From: the human T2T-CHM13v2.0 reference genome, Homo sapiens
Length of the DNA: 64,000 bases
Assembly (NCBI RefSeq): GCF_009914755.1
Contig: NC_060932.1
Reading direction: 5' to 3' (one strand)
In this document: positions 44,541 to 57,683 of the stretch, piece by piece
How positions within the stretch are numbered: position 1 is the stretch's first letter
Layout: each line of letters begins with the position of its first letter
The notes under the pieces: model-generated
Told to the model about the DNA's origin: nothing
The model's database searches: none
What the model saw: the letters and a program-made list of their open reading frames with translations, nothing else
Made by a program: the position numbers and the translations under genes

Positions 44541-45994
44541 ATTTGATTTTCTTCCCTACTTGATTTTTCCAAAATTCAGAAACTATTCATGAGTACGCTT
44601 ATTTTTATGACAATATGATTATTTACATAAGTTTAATAAAGATTTGGTCTCTATATTAATACACAGTTGGAAACATTGATTATATTTCCAAAGCTTCAGC
44701 TAAAATAACGTATTTGAGAATGAACATAAAATGCCTGGCTTCAAGTATTCCAGTCTTATAGTGAATGAGTAAGAATTGTCACTTTCTGCCAGACCCAGAA
44801 ACCTTAAGAATGTTAGTAAAATCAGTTTCCTAGCCCCAAGAAGTTTTAAAATCTGAGATTCCTATGTGATTGGCATAGGAAAAAAAGTCATGTTTCAAAG
44901 AAAAACTATAGTACCCTGTTAATAGATAGTAGCTCTGTTTTGCATTGTGCATTGTTTTCAAGTTCTTATTGTCTACCTGTAGACTGGACTTAATCCTGAA
45001 TTCTCCTAATTTCCTCCAATACTTGGCTACAGCTGTCCAACTAAAATCAAAGGTTGTTATGTTCTTAAAGTCTTATAAGCTGAAACTAGATAAATCTTAA
45101 AAAACAAGTCTCATGCTTGATGTATGGGCCACACAGCAAGTTCATTCATAAAACTACCTGATGCCATAGAAGAGAGAGTTGAAATGCAAACCAGGAGTAG
45201 TAGTTAGCGTTTTCACATTATAGACCACTTTTTTTCACGACACTGGAACAAGACTTCATGTCATTATGAGACTCTTATCCTTTTAATGCTACCTTTTTCA
45301 TTTGGCAGTATAATGGTATAATTGAAATCTTATAATCAATAACACCTGCTGGTAACTGAACAGAACCTCACCTAAGAAATTATTTAGCATCCATTGTTAA
45401 ATAAGAAAACGTCTATGCTATTACTAACACTACATGCTATACCTGAATAAATTCCTCTGTGGAAGTTGAGACCTATATACACAAAATAAGAAAACAGGTC
45501 ACAAAGTTAACAAGGGTCTCACTTAATTCTTTATGGTCGTTTGATTTATTCAGTTGTCTTAAAGCCTAGGCTTATGGCTGAAAACCATTATGCAACTGGG
45601 GTTGTCATGTTACTATTGATTTTACTTTGTTTATCCGCTTTTTAAACTTTGTATCTGCTATTTGTTAAATTTTTACGGAAGTACAACTCCTAAAAGAATA
45701 ATACTGGCGCAGTACTTTGAGGTGATAACAAAAAGCTATGAAGCAGACAAAATTGAACTTAATAATGAACTGCAAGCAGACAGCCTGAGAGCCACTCCTT
45801 CAAACCTCCCTTGTTGTTCAACTGTGACTACATGGGTTTTGACCCTGACTCCTAGTCACCAATCACTTCCATCAACATGCCATGAGACCAGTAGCTGAGA
45901 CAGGTCCCTCCTGGCACCGATGGAAATCAAAACCTAACTACAGAATGATTAATAGTGATGCTTTTGGAAAAAGATCTTGATCAAATGAGAGAAA

Positions 45995-46448
45995 CATGAA
46001 AATTGTTAGAATCAAAATGAAGCCACAATGTTAAAAGAAAACCCAGATAAATAGAGCTCGGGAAGGTAATGAAAAGAGGGTTCTCATGCTTGTATACCCA
46101 ACTAAAAAAAAAAAAAACCTATCACAAAAGACTGCAAAACCGCAACCCTGCACAAAGAACATCATAATCTTACACACAAAAAAATACTTCTGCAAGGTCG
46201 TTTTCTCAGCAACTGCCTGTCCAGACTTGGACTGGCATCACCCTTGTTATTGATCTTCATAACCAAGGATAGTCATTTCAAAACAGTTATATAATCCTCC
46301 TCATTTTTTCTTTAAAAATATTTGTCTTCCTTTACCTCTCTGGATAGGCACACAGTTTACTATGGCATGCATATTCCCATTATAATGCTTCATTCCCAAA
46401 TGAATATTACTTTCTTTTAGAGAGCCTCTCTGTTATACAGGTTGATCA
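45995..46448 (+). mobile_element. 3' LTR of the MER65-like ERV1
   Basis: catgaaaattgttagaatcaaaatg...cttggactggcatcacccttgttattgatctt...ggttgatca; host L1 resumes gatgtaccac. Confidence 0.88.
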
Positions 46449-47109
46449 GATGTACCACTCTTTCACCCACTGAGGGACGTTTGGCTGATCCAGGCTTTGG
46501 CTGTGGCAAATAAAGCTGCTACAAACGTTGGGTATTGGATTTTGAGCAAACGTGTTTTCATTTCTTTGATTAAATACCCAGGAGTATAATTGTTTGACTG
46601 TATGGTTGTGGCATGTTTAGTTTTTAAAGAAATTGCCAAACTGTTTTCTCGAGTGGCTGTATCATTTCACATTTCTGCCATCAATATGTGAGCGTTCTGA
46701 TTTCTTTGCATCCTCATCAGCATTTGGTGTTGTCATTATTATTTATTTAGCCATTAGTATGGTGTGTGGCGATATCTCATTGTGGTTCTAATTTTCATTT
46801 CCATAATGGCTAGAGATTTTCAACACATTTTCATGTGATTATTTGCCATCTGCATATCCTTTTTAGTGAAATGTCTCTTTGTTTCTTTTAGCTACTTTCT
46901 AATTGGGTTATTTGTTTATTTTACTGTTGAATTTTGAGAGTTCTTTATATATTCCAGATACTAGTCCTTTTTTGGATACATAGTATGTAAATATTTTCCC
47001 CATCTGTAATAGCTTGCATTTTTATTATCTTTCACAGTACAAAATTTTGAAATTTTGATGAAGTCCAACTTAATTTTCTTTTTAGAAATCTTGCTTTTGG
47101 TGTCCAAAA

Positions 47110-47247
47110 ACCAGGCACTGCAGCTCATACCTGTAATCCAGAATGCTGTGAGGCTGAGGTAGGATGATTGCTTGATCCCAGGAGTTTGGGACCAGTCTGG
47201 GCAACATAGCAAGACCCCATTTCTTTAAAAAAAATAAAAATATAAAA
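47110..47247 (+). mobile_element. FLAM/Alu monomer
   Basis: gctcatacctgtaatcc...gggcaacatagcaagaccccat plus A tail. Confidence 0.85.
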
Positions 47248-48607
47248 CGAGAACTCTTTATTCAGCACTAGATTCCAAGATTTGCTCCTATGTTTTATTC
47301 TTAAAGATTTGATAATCTTATGTGTTATCTTAAGTAATCCATTTTGAGTTAACTTTTGTATTAGGTGTGTTGTTGAGTTAAATGTTCATATTCTTTTGCC
47401 TATGGATGTCCAGTTGTTCCCGTACCATGAATTAAACAGTCTATCTTTCCTCCATGTCATTTGCTCCATTAAACCGTTTTTGAACCTTTATCAAGATGTT
47501 GTATATATCTGTGTGGGTCCATTTTGAGTTCACTGTTTCATTGATTTATGTGTCTATCGATCTGTCAACATCACAGTCTTGGTTGCTGTGGCTAAATAAT
47601 ATGTCTTAAAATTGAGTAGACGGTTTCCTCCTACTTTATTCTTTTTCTCAAAATTGTTTTAGTTATTTTAGCTCCTGTGTATTGTCATATATATTTTATA
47701 ATAATCTTGTCTATATCTACAAAGCCTCTTACCAGGATTTAGATAGAAATTGCATTAAACCTTTATATCATTTTGGGGAGGGTTGACTTCTTTATTGTGT
47801 TTAGCTTTATTATCCATGAACATGGTTTGTCACCCCATTTGTTTAGATCTTCTTTCATCAGTATTATGTAGTTTTAAATGCACAATTCCTGTTCATGCTT
47901 TGTCAGCTTTACAGGAAAGTATTGTGTTTTGGGACAATTATAAATGGTATTGTGTTTTAAATTGTGGTGTCCCTGTGTTTATTACTAGGATATATAAGTG
48001 CAATTGCTGCTTTGTATGTATCTTATCTCCTGTGACTCTGCAAACCTCACTTATTTCTTCTAGGAGGTTTTTTTTTAGATTCCTTGGAATTTTTTATGCA
48101 GACATTTATGTCATCTGCAAATAGGGAAAGTATTATTTCTTCCTTCTGATCTATATGCTTTCTATTTCCTATTCTTGCATTGTTGAACTTACTAGAACTC
48201 CCAGCATTATGGAGAATAGGATGGTGAGAGCAGACATCCTTGCCTTGATCTTATCTCAGGAAAAAAGCCTTCAGTATTTTAGTGTAATGCTAACTGTAGG
48301 TTTTTTTGTGGGTGCTTTTGATCAAGTTGAGGAAGTTTCTCTCTATTCTTATTTTTCTGAGAGTTTTCATTATGAAGGTGTATTAAATTTTGTCAAATTT
48401 TTCTGCATTCATCAATATGATTATAGCATTTTTCCTTAGTCTTAATCTAATAAATTATATTCATTAACTTTCAAATACTGAAGAAGACTGGCATCTTTGA
48501 ATAAAGACCAATTGGTCATGGTATATATAAAGTTGTGATAAAAACCACATACCATATAATTTACCATCTTAACAATTTTTAAGTATACAGTTCAGAAGTG
48601 TAAAGTA

Positions 48608-49078
48608 TGTGAAACCTGAAAATTTAAGACAGATCTCAGTTCATTTAAAAAGTTTATTTTGCCAAGGTTGAAGATGTGCCCTCATGACACAGCTTCAGGA
48701 GGTCCTGATGACGTGTGTCCAAGGTGGTCAGAGCACAGCTTGGTTTTAAACATTTTAGGGAGACATGAGACATCAATCAATATGTGTAAGATGTACATTG
48801 GTTCAGTACAGAAAGGTGGGACAACTTGAGGTGAAGGCAGGACACCTCAAAGCAGGAATGGGCTTCCAGGTCATAGGTAGATAAGAGACAAATGGTTGCA
48901 TTCTTTTGAGTTACTGATTAACCTCTCCAAATAAGGCAATCAGATATGCATTTATCTCAGTGATCAGAGAGGTGACTTTGAATAGAATGGGAGGCAGATT
49001 TGCCCTAAGCAGTTCCCAGTTTGACTTTTCCCTTTAACTTAGTGATTTTGAGGGCCCGAGATTTATTTTCACTTCAAA
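48608..49078 (-). mobile_element. MER4A1-like solo LTR with 4-bp TSD agta
   Basis: aagtttattttgccaaggttg, caggaggtcctgatgac, ttttagggagacatgagacatcaatc; agta at 48604-48607 and 49079-49082. Confidence 0.88.
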
Positions 49079-49344
49079 AGTATATTCATATTATTGTGAA
49101 ACAAATCTCTAGAACATTTCCATTTTGTAAATTTGAAACTCTATACCCCTTAAACAACAACTCCCTTTTCCCCTCTCCCAGCTGCCTCTCATGATCATCA
49201 TTACACTTTTGTTTCATGAATTTGACCACTTTATGTACCTCATATAAGTGGAATCATACAGTATGTTACAATTTATTTCACTTGGCACAATGGCCTCAAA
49301 GTTCATTTACGTTGTAGCATATGACAGGATTGCCTTCCTTTCTT

Positions 49345-49644
49345 CTCAGCTTTATTAAGATATAATTGACAAATAAAAATTAATATATTTAAGGTGTACA
49401 ACTTGATGTTTTGACATACATATACATTGTACAATAATCATCAAAATTAAGCAATTAACATATCGATTCCCTCACACAGTTACCATTTTCTTCCCCCCCT
49501 TTCTTTTTGCCACACTTAAGATCTATACTCTTAGCAAATTTCATACATACAATACAATATCGCTAACTATAGTCATACTGCTGTACATTACATCTCCAGA
49601 ACTTATTCATCTTGCATAACTAAAACTTTGTACTCCTTGACCAA
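49345..49644 (-). mobile_element. L1MA9-like short 3' end
   Basis: ctttattaagatataattgacaaataaaaa...ctccagaacttattcatcttgcataac; gatt..cttccttt on both flanks. Confidence 0.75.
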
Positions 49645-49690
49645 GATTCTCTTCCTTTTAAAATCTGAATAACATTCCATGGTATGTGTA

Positions 49691-50160
49691 TGTTATAAGA
49701 GTTAAAGAAAGAGGAAAGACGCACGAAAAGTGGCTCAACAGTCAAAGACAAAGACAGATTTATTTTGGAGAATAAACCTGAAAGGGGCTTCTGGCTGATA
49801 TTTTTTTTGGTCAGGAACACTCTCTCTTACAGACTAAAGTATTTATTGGTGAGAGAGCTTGGAATGTTTCTGTGTTGGGAAGAAGTTTATGGTGGGGTTG
49901 GAATGTCTCTGGTTGGAGGGGACATTATCTTGGGGCTGACATCTCTCTGGCTGGAGGAAAGGTTATCTGGGGGTTGGCATGTCTCTGGTTGGGGAGGGGT
50001 TTGGAATGTTTCTGGTCGGAGATGTTATTTGTGGTTTATGGTCACGCCGACCTTAGCCATTAGGCTGATGCCCTTTGGGTTTAGGCAGTTTTTGATCAAG
50101 GTGAACTTCAGAATGGTGGTGGTTGTCTAAGATGGTGATGGTGATGCTCCTGCTCTGTCA
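49691..50160 (-). mobile_element. ERV1 solo LTR (LTR19-like)
   Basis: TG...CA ends; reverse complement starts tgacagagcaggagcatcaccatc; tttatt polyA signal near the left end. Confidence 0.7.
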
Positions 50161-50566
50161 TATGTCACAGCCACATTTTATTTATCCATTCATCTGCCAA
50201 TGGACATTTGGGTTGCTTCCACCTTTTGGCTATTGTGACTAGTACTGTTTTGCACAGGGATGCGCAAGTATCTCTTCCGAGATCCTGCTTTTAATTCTTT
50301 CTGATTTATACCCAGAAGTGGGATTGCTGGGTCATATGACAGTTCTATTTTTTTTTTTTTGAGGAGCCTCCATACTTTTTAATCAACCATTTAACAATCC
50401 CAGCAACAGTGAACAATTCTAATTTCTCTACATCTTCACCAACACTTTTTATTTTCTGTCTTTTTGATAGTATTCATGCTAATAGGTGTGAGGAGATATA
50501 TCATTATGGTTCTGTTTTGCAGATTTGCATTTCTCTGATGATTGGTGATGTTGAGCATATTTTTAC

Positions 50567-50880
50567 TTTCTTTTTTTTTGTTTTTAACTTTTTTTTTTTT
50601 TTCTGAGACAGAGTCATACTCTATCATCCAGGCTGGAGTGCAATGTTGCAATCTCAGCTCACTGCAACCTCCCCTGCCTGAGTTCAAGAGATTCTCCTGC
50701 CTCAGCCTTTCAAGTAGCTGGGATTACAGGCATGTGCTGCCGCAACCAGCTAATATTTTTAGTAGAGATGGGGTTTCTCCATGTTGGCCAGGCTGGTCTC
50801 AAATTCCTGGCCTCAAGTGATCTGCCTACCTCGGCCTCCCCAAGTGCTGGGATTACAGGTGTAAGCCATTGCACCAGGCC
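50567..50880 (-). mobile_element. AluS-like
   Basis: Full dimer ending gcaccaggcc. Confidence 0.92.
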
Positions 50881-53196
50881 ATGTATATCATCTTTGGAGA
50901 ACTGTCTATTCAAGTCATTTGCCCATTTTCTAAATGGATTATTTTTATTGTTGTGGTTGAGTTGTAGGAGTTCTTCATATGTACTGAATATTAACCCCTT
51001 ATCAGATATATAATTTGCAAGTATTTTCTTCCATTTGGTAGGTTGCCTTCTCACCTTGTTAATGTGTCCTTTGATGCAAAAAACTTTTAAAATTTGATGT
51101 ACTATCATTTGTCTTTTTTTCTTTTATTCTTTGTGCATTTGGTCTCATATCCAAGAAATCATTGCCAAGTCCAATGTCATGAAATTTCTTTCTGATTTCT
51201 TTTAGGAATTTCATAGTTTTAGGCCTTTAATCTACTTTTAGGTAATTTTTATATGTGGTACAAGGGCCCAATTTTATTTTTATTTTTTGCATGTGGATAT
51301 AATTCTTACATATTACTGAATCCTCTTTGCTAATAACTTATTGATAATTTTTGTATTTATATTTATAAAGAGGTATTAATCTATAGTTTTCACCTTTTCT
51401 ATTATCTTTGCTTTTTGTCTGAGCAATACTAACTTTAAAAATTTAATTGAGATGTGTTAATTCCTCTTCTATTTTCTATTTAATTCACAAAGCTAGTTTG
51501 TAGAATTAGTGTTAATTCTTCTTTAGATTTTTGGTACAATACACCAGTGAAACAACCTGGGCTTCAATTTTTTTCAGACTTTCAAAAATAAGATTTAAAT
51601 TCCTTTAATAGTTTCAGGTTATTCAAATTATTTATTTCACACTGGGTGAGTTGTGTTAGTTTGTGTTTTTGAGGAAGTTTTATCTAAGTTGTCTGCAGAA
51701 GTGTTTATAGAATTCCCTTATTGTCCTCTTGATGTATTCAGAGCTTATAGTGCTATCTCCTGTTTCATTCCTGTGATTAGTTATTTGTGTCTTCTATTTT
51801 TGCCAGTCCTGCTAGAGATTTGTGAATTTTATTGATCTTTTCTAAGAAGCAGCTCTTTTTTTTTCCATTCATTTTCTTTGCTGTCTTTGTATTTCCAATT
51901 TCATCAGTTTATGTTTTCATTTTTATTGTTTATTTCATTTGACATTCCTTATGCTTATTTTGCTCATCTTCTTTTAGATTCTTGAGGTGGGAGTTTAGAT
52001 TCTCAAGTTGAGATTTTTGCTTCACTTGGAGGAGAAGGAAAGTCTATTTTTTAATCTGTATTTTTGCAAACCGTGTTCTTCCTTTCCCATGTCCTTTTAT
52101 TGGTTGCCTTGTATTTAGGAAACTTTCTTTGGTCTTCTTTTAGGGTAAGTCTGTTGGCAACAAATTCTCTCAGTTTTTCTTCATCTGAGAATGCCTATTT
52201 TTTCTCTTAATTCCCAAAGAAAACTTTCACTGGATATAGAATATTGGTTCTTTTCTTTTTGTACTTGAAAAATGTTGTGCACGTTCATCATTTCTGATGA
52301 GAAATTTGCTGTCATCGGAATTGTTTTTCCCATAGGTAGGGAGTAATTTCTCTCTTTCTGCTTTAAAGATTTGTTCTTTGCCTTTTGTTTTAAGAGTTTG
52401 AGTATGATGTGTCTTGGTGTTGATATTTTGAATCTATCCTTTTCTCAGGTTCACTCAGCTTTTTGACTTTGTAGTATATGTCTATTGCCAAATTTTTGAA
52501 GTTTTTACCACTATTTTTTGAGTACACTTATAGCTCTGTCCCCTCCTTTTGGGACTATGATGCCAAGAATGTTAGGGTTTTTTTTTGTTATTGAGCTACA
52601 GGTCTTTGACGCTCTGGTGCCCCCAACTCCCAGCAGATTTTCTGTTATTTAGACTAGATAATTTTGATTGTTTGTCTTTCAATTCACTGATTCTTTCCTT
52701 TTCTCTTCCATTCTGCTGCTGAGCCCATCCATTGATGTTTTAAAATTTCTATTTAAACATCCATTGAGTTTTAAAATTTCAATTATTATGTTTTTCAATT
52801 CTGAAATTTTTATACGGCTCTTCTTTATTTCTTTGCTGAGACTTTCTTTTTTCCTGTTTATTTCCAGCTCCTTAAGGCATTTTTATCATGGTTATTTTAA
52901 CACATTTTCAGTTAATTCTAACCTTTCTGTCTTCTTAGTGTTGGCATTACTGGTTGTCTCTTTTTCATTCAGTTAAAATTTTCTTGGTTTTTGGTGCGAT
53001 GAGTGATTTCTTAACTGAAACTTAGACATTTTGCTTATTATGCTATGAGATTCTGGATCTTATTTAAACCTTATCTGTAAGCTGGCTTCCTTTGACACTA
53101 TGTTTCTCATTAAAGGGGCACCACCTTGTTACTGCCAGGTGGGAATAGAAGTCCAGGTTTCCTACTCAGCCTCCATGTTGACAGCTGTTTTGGGTT

Positions 53197-54263
53197 TGTT
53201 ACTGAACAGAACTGGAGTCTGCTCACCTGTTGCAGTCAAGTCAAACATCCATACTGAGGCTTTGCAGCAGAAGAAAGGAGAACATTTATTTGCAGGGCAC
53301 CAAGGGAGGAGAATCAGACCACTCATACTTAAGACCCAATTTCTCCAATGGCTTATAAGCTAGAGTTTTTAAAGGCAGGAGTAAATTTCAGGAAAGCAGA
53401 AATAATAGGCAAACATATAAATTAATACATGGAGGTTATACATTGCTTTTCCCTAAAAGGCAGGATACCTTGAAGCAGGGAGGCTTACAGATGGGTTCAA
53501 AGACTCTTTGATTTGAAATTAGTTTAAAAACTAAAGCTTTGTCTAAAAACTTGGGGTCAGCAGAAAGGAATATTGAGCTCTGGCCTGCGGGTGTGACTTC
53601 TTCTAGGCATCTCAAGAAGAAATTTAGAACAAAGACAGAGGTCAGAATTCTGTCCTCAGCTCCCCCTTATCTGAGGTCTACCTGCCAGTGGATCCATTTG
53701 GTGGGGGCTCGGGGTTTCTAAAAAGCAATCCAGGAACATATGTTAAGATGCTATCTTTAGTTTCTATAGGAAATCATACATCTTTTTACTCTTTCTTGGC
53801 TATAGTTTTTTTTTGTTTGTTTGTTTGTTTTTTTTGATGGAGTCTCACTCTGTCGCCCAGGTTGGAGTGCACTGGTGTGATCTCAGCTCTTCAAACAATG
53901 TTCCTGCCTCAGTCTCCTGCGTAGCTGGGACTGCAGGCACCCACCACCCTGCCCAGCTAATTTTTATGTTTTTAGTAGAGACGGGGTTTCACTATGTTGG
54001 TCATGCTGGTCTCAAACTCCCCACCTCAGGTGATCTGCCCACCTCGGCCTCCCAAAGTTCTGGGATTACAGGTATGAGCCACCGTGCCCAGCCCTTGGCT
54101 ATTGTTTTAAGTTACTGTTACCTTCTTGCTTATCAGGTTTCTCATTTACTTCTCAGGGATAGCTAGGTGCCTGGAATCTCCCTTGAAGGAAACTCAAAAA
54201 TTTTCCTTATTTCCATATTTGGGTGGCCTGGAGGCCTCTAAGAGGGATTCTAGTTCCATCTGA
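53197..54263 (-). mobile_element. LTR39-like solo LTR containing an Alu
   Basis: tttatttgcagggcaccaag, gctaggtgcctggaatctcccttgaagga, ttttccttatttcca; flanks ggtt/agtt. Confidence 0.7.
53811..54093 (-). mobile_element. AluS with a small right-arm deletion and TSD
   Basis: cttggctat(a/t)gtttt on both flanks. Confidence 0.92.
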
Positions 54264-55254
54264 AGTTCATTGTAACTGCTGGGAAGAGGTGGGGGTTCTG
54301 GCCCCAACACTGATAACTCCTTGGCTGGGAAGGGTAGTGGTGCCTTTTCACTCTTTCCCATGTAGACTCCACTGACACACAGTGAAGGGGCGGCCTCCTT
54401 CCCCTTGGGCAGTGGTGAGAGTCTTGGTCTCCATTAGGCCTCTACCACCACCCCAAGAGGAGGGAGCAGGCCCCTCAGGGATGAATGTCCTGGCTCCATA
54501 CTCCTCCTTCTCTGAGGCCACCCTTGCAGGGCTGGGTGGGCTGGAGCACACTTTTGCAGCCTGGTGAAGGTGGAAGTCCAGGCTCTCCTCTTGGCCTTTG
54601 CTGGTGGGGTGTGGGTGGAGCTACGGATTTTTTCTTTGGCATTTGGCTGTGTCAGAGCAGTTGTCATCTAAAGGTTTTCTACTCCTTTCCCAGTCGTTTG
54701 ATTAGAGACAATAGGTTTTTCTTGAGCCTTTTTTTCTTGTCTGTGCCCATGGGCATTTTTGGATTGCCAGCTCCTCTAGTATTCGGTCTGGGAGAGATGA
54801 AGAGGAAGAAAATGCAGGGAACTCCCTACCATGTTGTTCCTCATGTCCTAAGACCTCTTCTCAGTCTGTTTTCTACTGTCTTTTAGGTTTTCCTTAGGTT
54901 TATTTTACATAATGTCCAAGGCTTTTAGATGTGCTTGGTGGGAGGAATAGGGAAAAGTATGTCTATTTTATATTCTAAGCTTAAGGGCCAATTTTAAAAT
55001 TTTCTGACAAAAATGTAATTGTCATGGAAACCAGGAAGTCTAGTTTGCATTATCACTGATAGCATAGACTCTTCCTATAGTTTGTCTTATGTGGGAGGAC
55101 AAATTACATTCAGGAGGTTGTTGGGTGAGTTTGGAATCGGGGCACATATTATAAGATTAACATGTAAATTTTAATGGCCCTAGACTGACACAACCATCTC
55201 ATCAATCGAGATATTATCATCAACTTTTGCATCTTTCTTCTGCACTCATCAAGA

Positions 55255-55507
55255 GCTAATATAGCGTAGTGAATAAGAGTGTGGACTGGGGCCAGACTGG
55301 CAAGTCTTGAGTCCTGACTTTGCCTCTTATTAACTTGGTGGCCTTAGGCAAGTGATTTAGCATCTCGTTTTCCTCATATGTGAAATAAACAACAACCAAA
55401 GTACCTGTTACACAGGGTTGCTTTAAAATGAAATAGTTAAAGCCTGTAAAGCATTCAGGGAAGTATTTGGCATGTGCCAAACACTCAATAAATGTTAACT
55501 CTTATTA
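55255..55507 (+). mobile_element. MIR, near full length
   Basis: atagcgtagtgaataagagtgtggact...ccttaggcaagtgattta...gttttcctcatatgtgaaat...cactcaataaatgttaact. Confidence 0.85.
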
Positions 55508-56392
55508 GTGCCTAATAAGTTTCCTGAAAGACAAGATTGTGTATTGAATATGTAAATTGAGTCACATGATGGCCAATTCTTGTTACACTTCAGTTTCTTT
55601 AGGGTGTCTTTGCCTCTGTCTTCTCGGATTCATTTGTGTTGGTTTCAGGGTGGAATACTTAGAAAACCATCTAACTTTCCTCACTGAGGAGTCCTCACAT
55701 TGCATCTATCACAAAGCTCCTGTGCACTAACAATAATTCTTCGAAGAGTTGCTGAGTGCAGAGGGCATTCCAGTGTAGGCGATGTGAGAAAGGTTGCAGG
55801 TGTGGGTGAGCTGGCGGTGCAGGCGCTGACAGGCAGACGCCAATGGGTCAGTTCGAATGGAAAGGGTGGTGTGAAATAGGAAGGGCAAGATTATCTCAAG
55901 TCTTGAATTTCAGGTTAAGAAATTTGGGTTTTGGTTTTTTAACAATTGGAAAACTGTAAATTGGTCTAGAGCAGGAATTCTTAATCTTTTTGTGTGTTGT
56001 TATGTCATTTGGCAGTCTAACAAAGTTCACAGACCCCTTCTAAGAAAAATGAAATAAAATGAAAATGAAGTAAAATACATAAAAGGAAATACATAGAATT
56101 ATAAAGGAAATAAATATAATGGAATAAAGTTTTAAATATTAAAAAATAACTGTGTGGTAAATACATATACTTTCATATTACAACAGTGAATAAGATCTAT
56201 TAACTACTATAATTTCACCCTTAAGTGATATGAAAATGTATGTGATTTCTATTGATGGGAAAGCCACAGGTACTGATACTACTACTATGGTTTATTGCCT
56301 ACTTTCACAACTAAATGAAATGCAAAGTTTCAGCCACAGTTTAGTGAAAATTAAGTTTTCTGTTTTTCTTTCCCATCTAAGTTTATGACTGT

Positions 56393-57683
56393 TGTTGACA
56401 AAAAAGCCAAACACTGTAAAATGCTTAAAGAGGTCTATTCTGAGCCAAATATGAGTGACTATGGCCCTGGGTATAGCAATAAGAGGTCCTAAGAACATGT
56501 GCCTGAAGTGATCAGTTTACAACTTGGTTTTATACAATTTAGGGAGAAAGAAGTTATAGGCAAAGATGTAAATCAATACGTGTTACATGTAAGGTATGCA
56601 TACGTTGGTTGGGCCTGGAATGAAGGGACATCTCAAAGTGTGGGGGTGCTTACAGGTAACAGGTGGATTTAAAGATTTTTTGGTTGGCAATTGATTGAAA
56701 GAGTTGAGCTTTGCCAAAAGAGTTCAAGTCACTAAAAAGAAATGCTTAAGTTAAGATAAGGGGAGTTGTGGAAGCCATGGTTCTTGTTATTTGGATGAAG
56801 CCTCTAAGTAGTAGGTTTGTATTAGTCCATTCTCACGCTGCTATGAAGGCATACCTGAGACTGGATAACTTATAAAGGAGAGGGGTTTAATTGACTCACA
56901 GTTCCACATGCTGGGGAGGCCTCAGAAAACTTAGAATCCCGGCGGAAAGGGAAGCAAACACGTCCTTTTTCACATGACAGCAGGAAAGAGAAGAATGAGA
57001 GCCAAGTGAAGGAGAAGCCCCTTATAAAACCATCAGATCTCGTAAGAACTTATTATCAGGAGAATAGCATGTGGAAAACCACCCCCATGATTCAATTACC
57101 TCCCACTGGGAACCTCCCACTGGGTCCCTCCCACCACATATGGGGATTATGGGAACTACAATTCAAGATAAGATTTGGGTGGAAACACAGCCAAACCATA
57201 TTAAGGCTTCAGAGGGAATAGATGGTAAATGTCTCTTTTTGGACCTTAAATGGTGTCAGACCCTTAGTTAAATCTCTCCTGAATTTGGAAAAGACCTGGA
57301 AAGGGAGGGAGATTCTCTACAGATGCAAGTATCCCTTGCAACAGACAGCATTTGCAGGGTCATTTCAAAATACTTCAATGAAATACATTTTGGGGTAAAA
57401 TACTTTGATTTTCTTGAGACCTTGCTATTGATCAGGTGATGCTATACCAGAGATGGAATTTGATGTCTTCTTGTCACAAAGAGTCTGTCTGGTGAGTCTT
57501 TAATCTCGGTTTTAATGTTAATTCTGGTCTCGTGCCTAAACTCCAAAAGGCAGGGAGTTTATAATGAAGCATGTCAGACCTCGCCTCCCATCATGGTCTG
57601 GAATTCAGTTTTTTAGCTTTCCCTTGGCCCAGAGAGGGTCCATGCAGTTTGTTAAGGGGCTTACAATTTTATTTTGGTTTACA
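56393..57683 (-). mobile_element. MER4D-like solo LTR, split by THE1
   Basis: tattctgagccaaatatgagtgac, gaggtcctaagaacatgtgcc, ends ttttattttggtttaca; flanks ctgt/ctat. Confidence 0.82.
56818..57203 (-). mobile_element. THE1D-like MaLR solo LTR
   Basis: tgtattagtccattctcacgctgctatg...ccccttataaaaccatcagatctc...acacagccaaaccatatta; flanks aggtt/aggct. Confidence 0.9.

Larger units (their letters stand above)
48530..51295 (-). mobile_element. L1MB-like 3' fragment nested in L1MC
   Basis: aatttaccatcttaacaatttttaagtatacagttcag; catataagtggaatcatacagtat; cccagaagtgggattgctgggtcatatg. Confidence 0.75.

Noticed and set aside
45411-45700. Syncytin-like captured env gene
   Set aside because: Short TM vestige with stops, lost cysteines and no SU or long ORF.
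56905-56922. PRDM9 hotspot 13-mer in the THE1 LTR
   Set aside because: The reverse complement cctccccagcatg does not match CCNCCNTNNCCNC.
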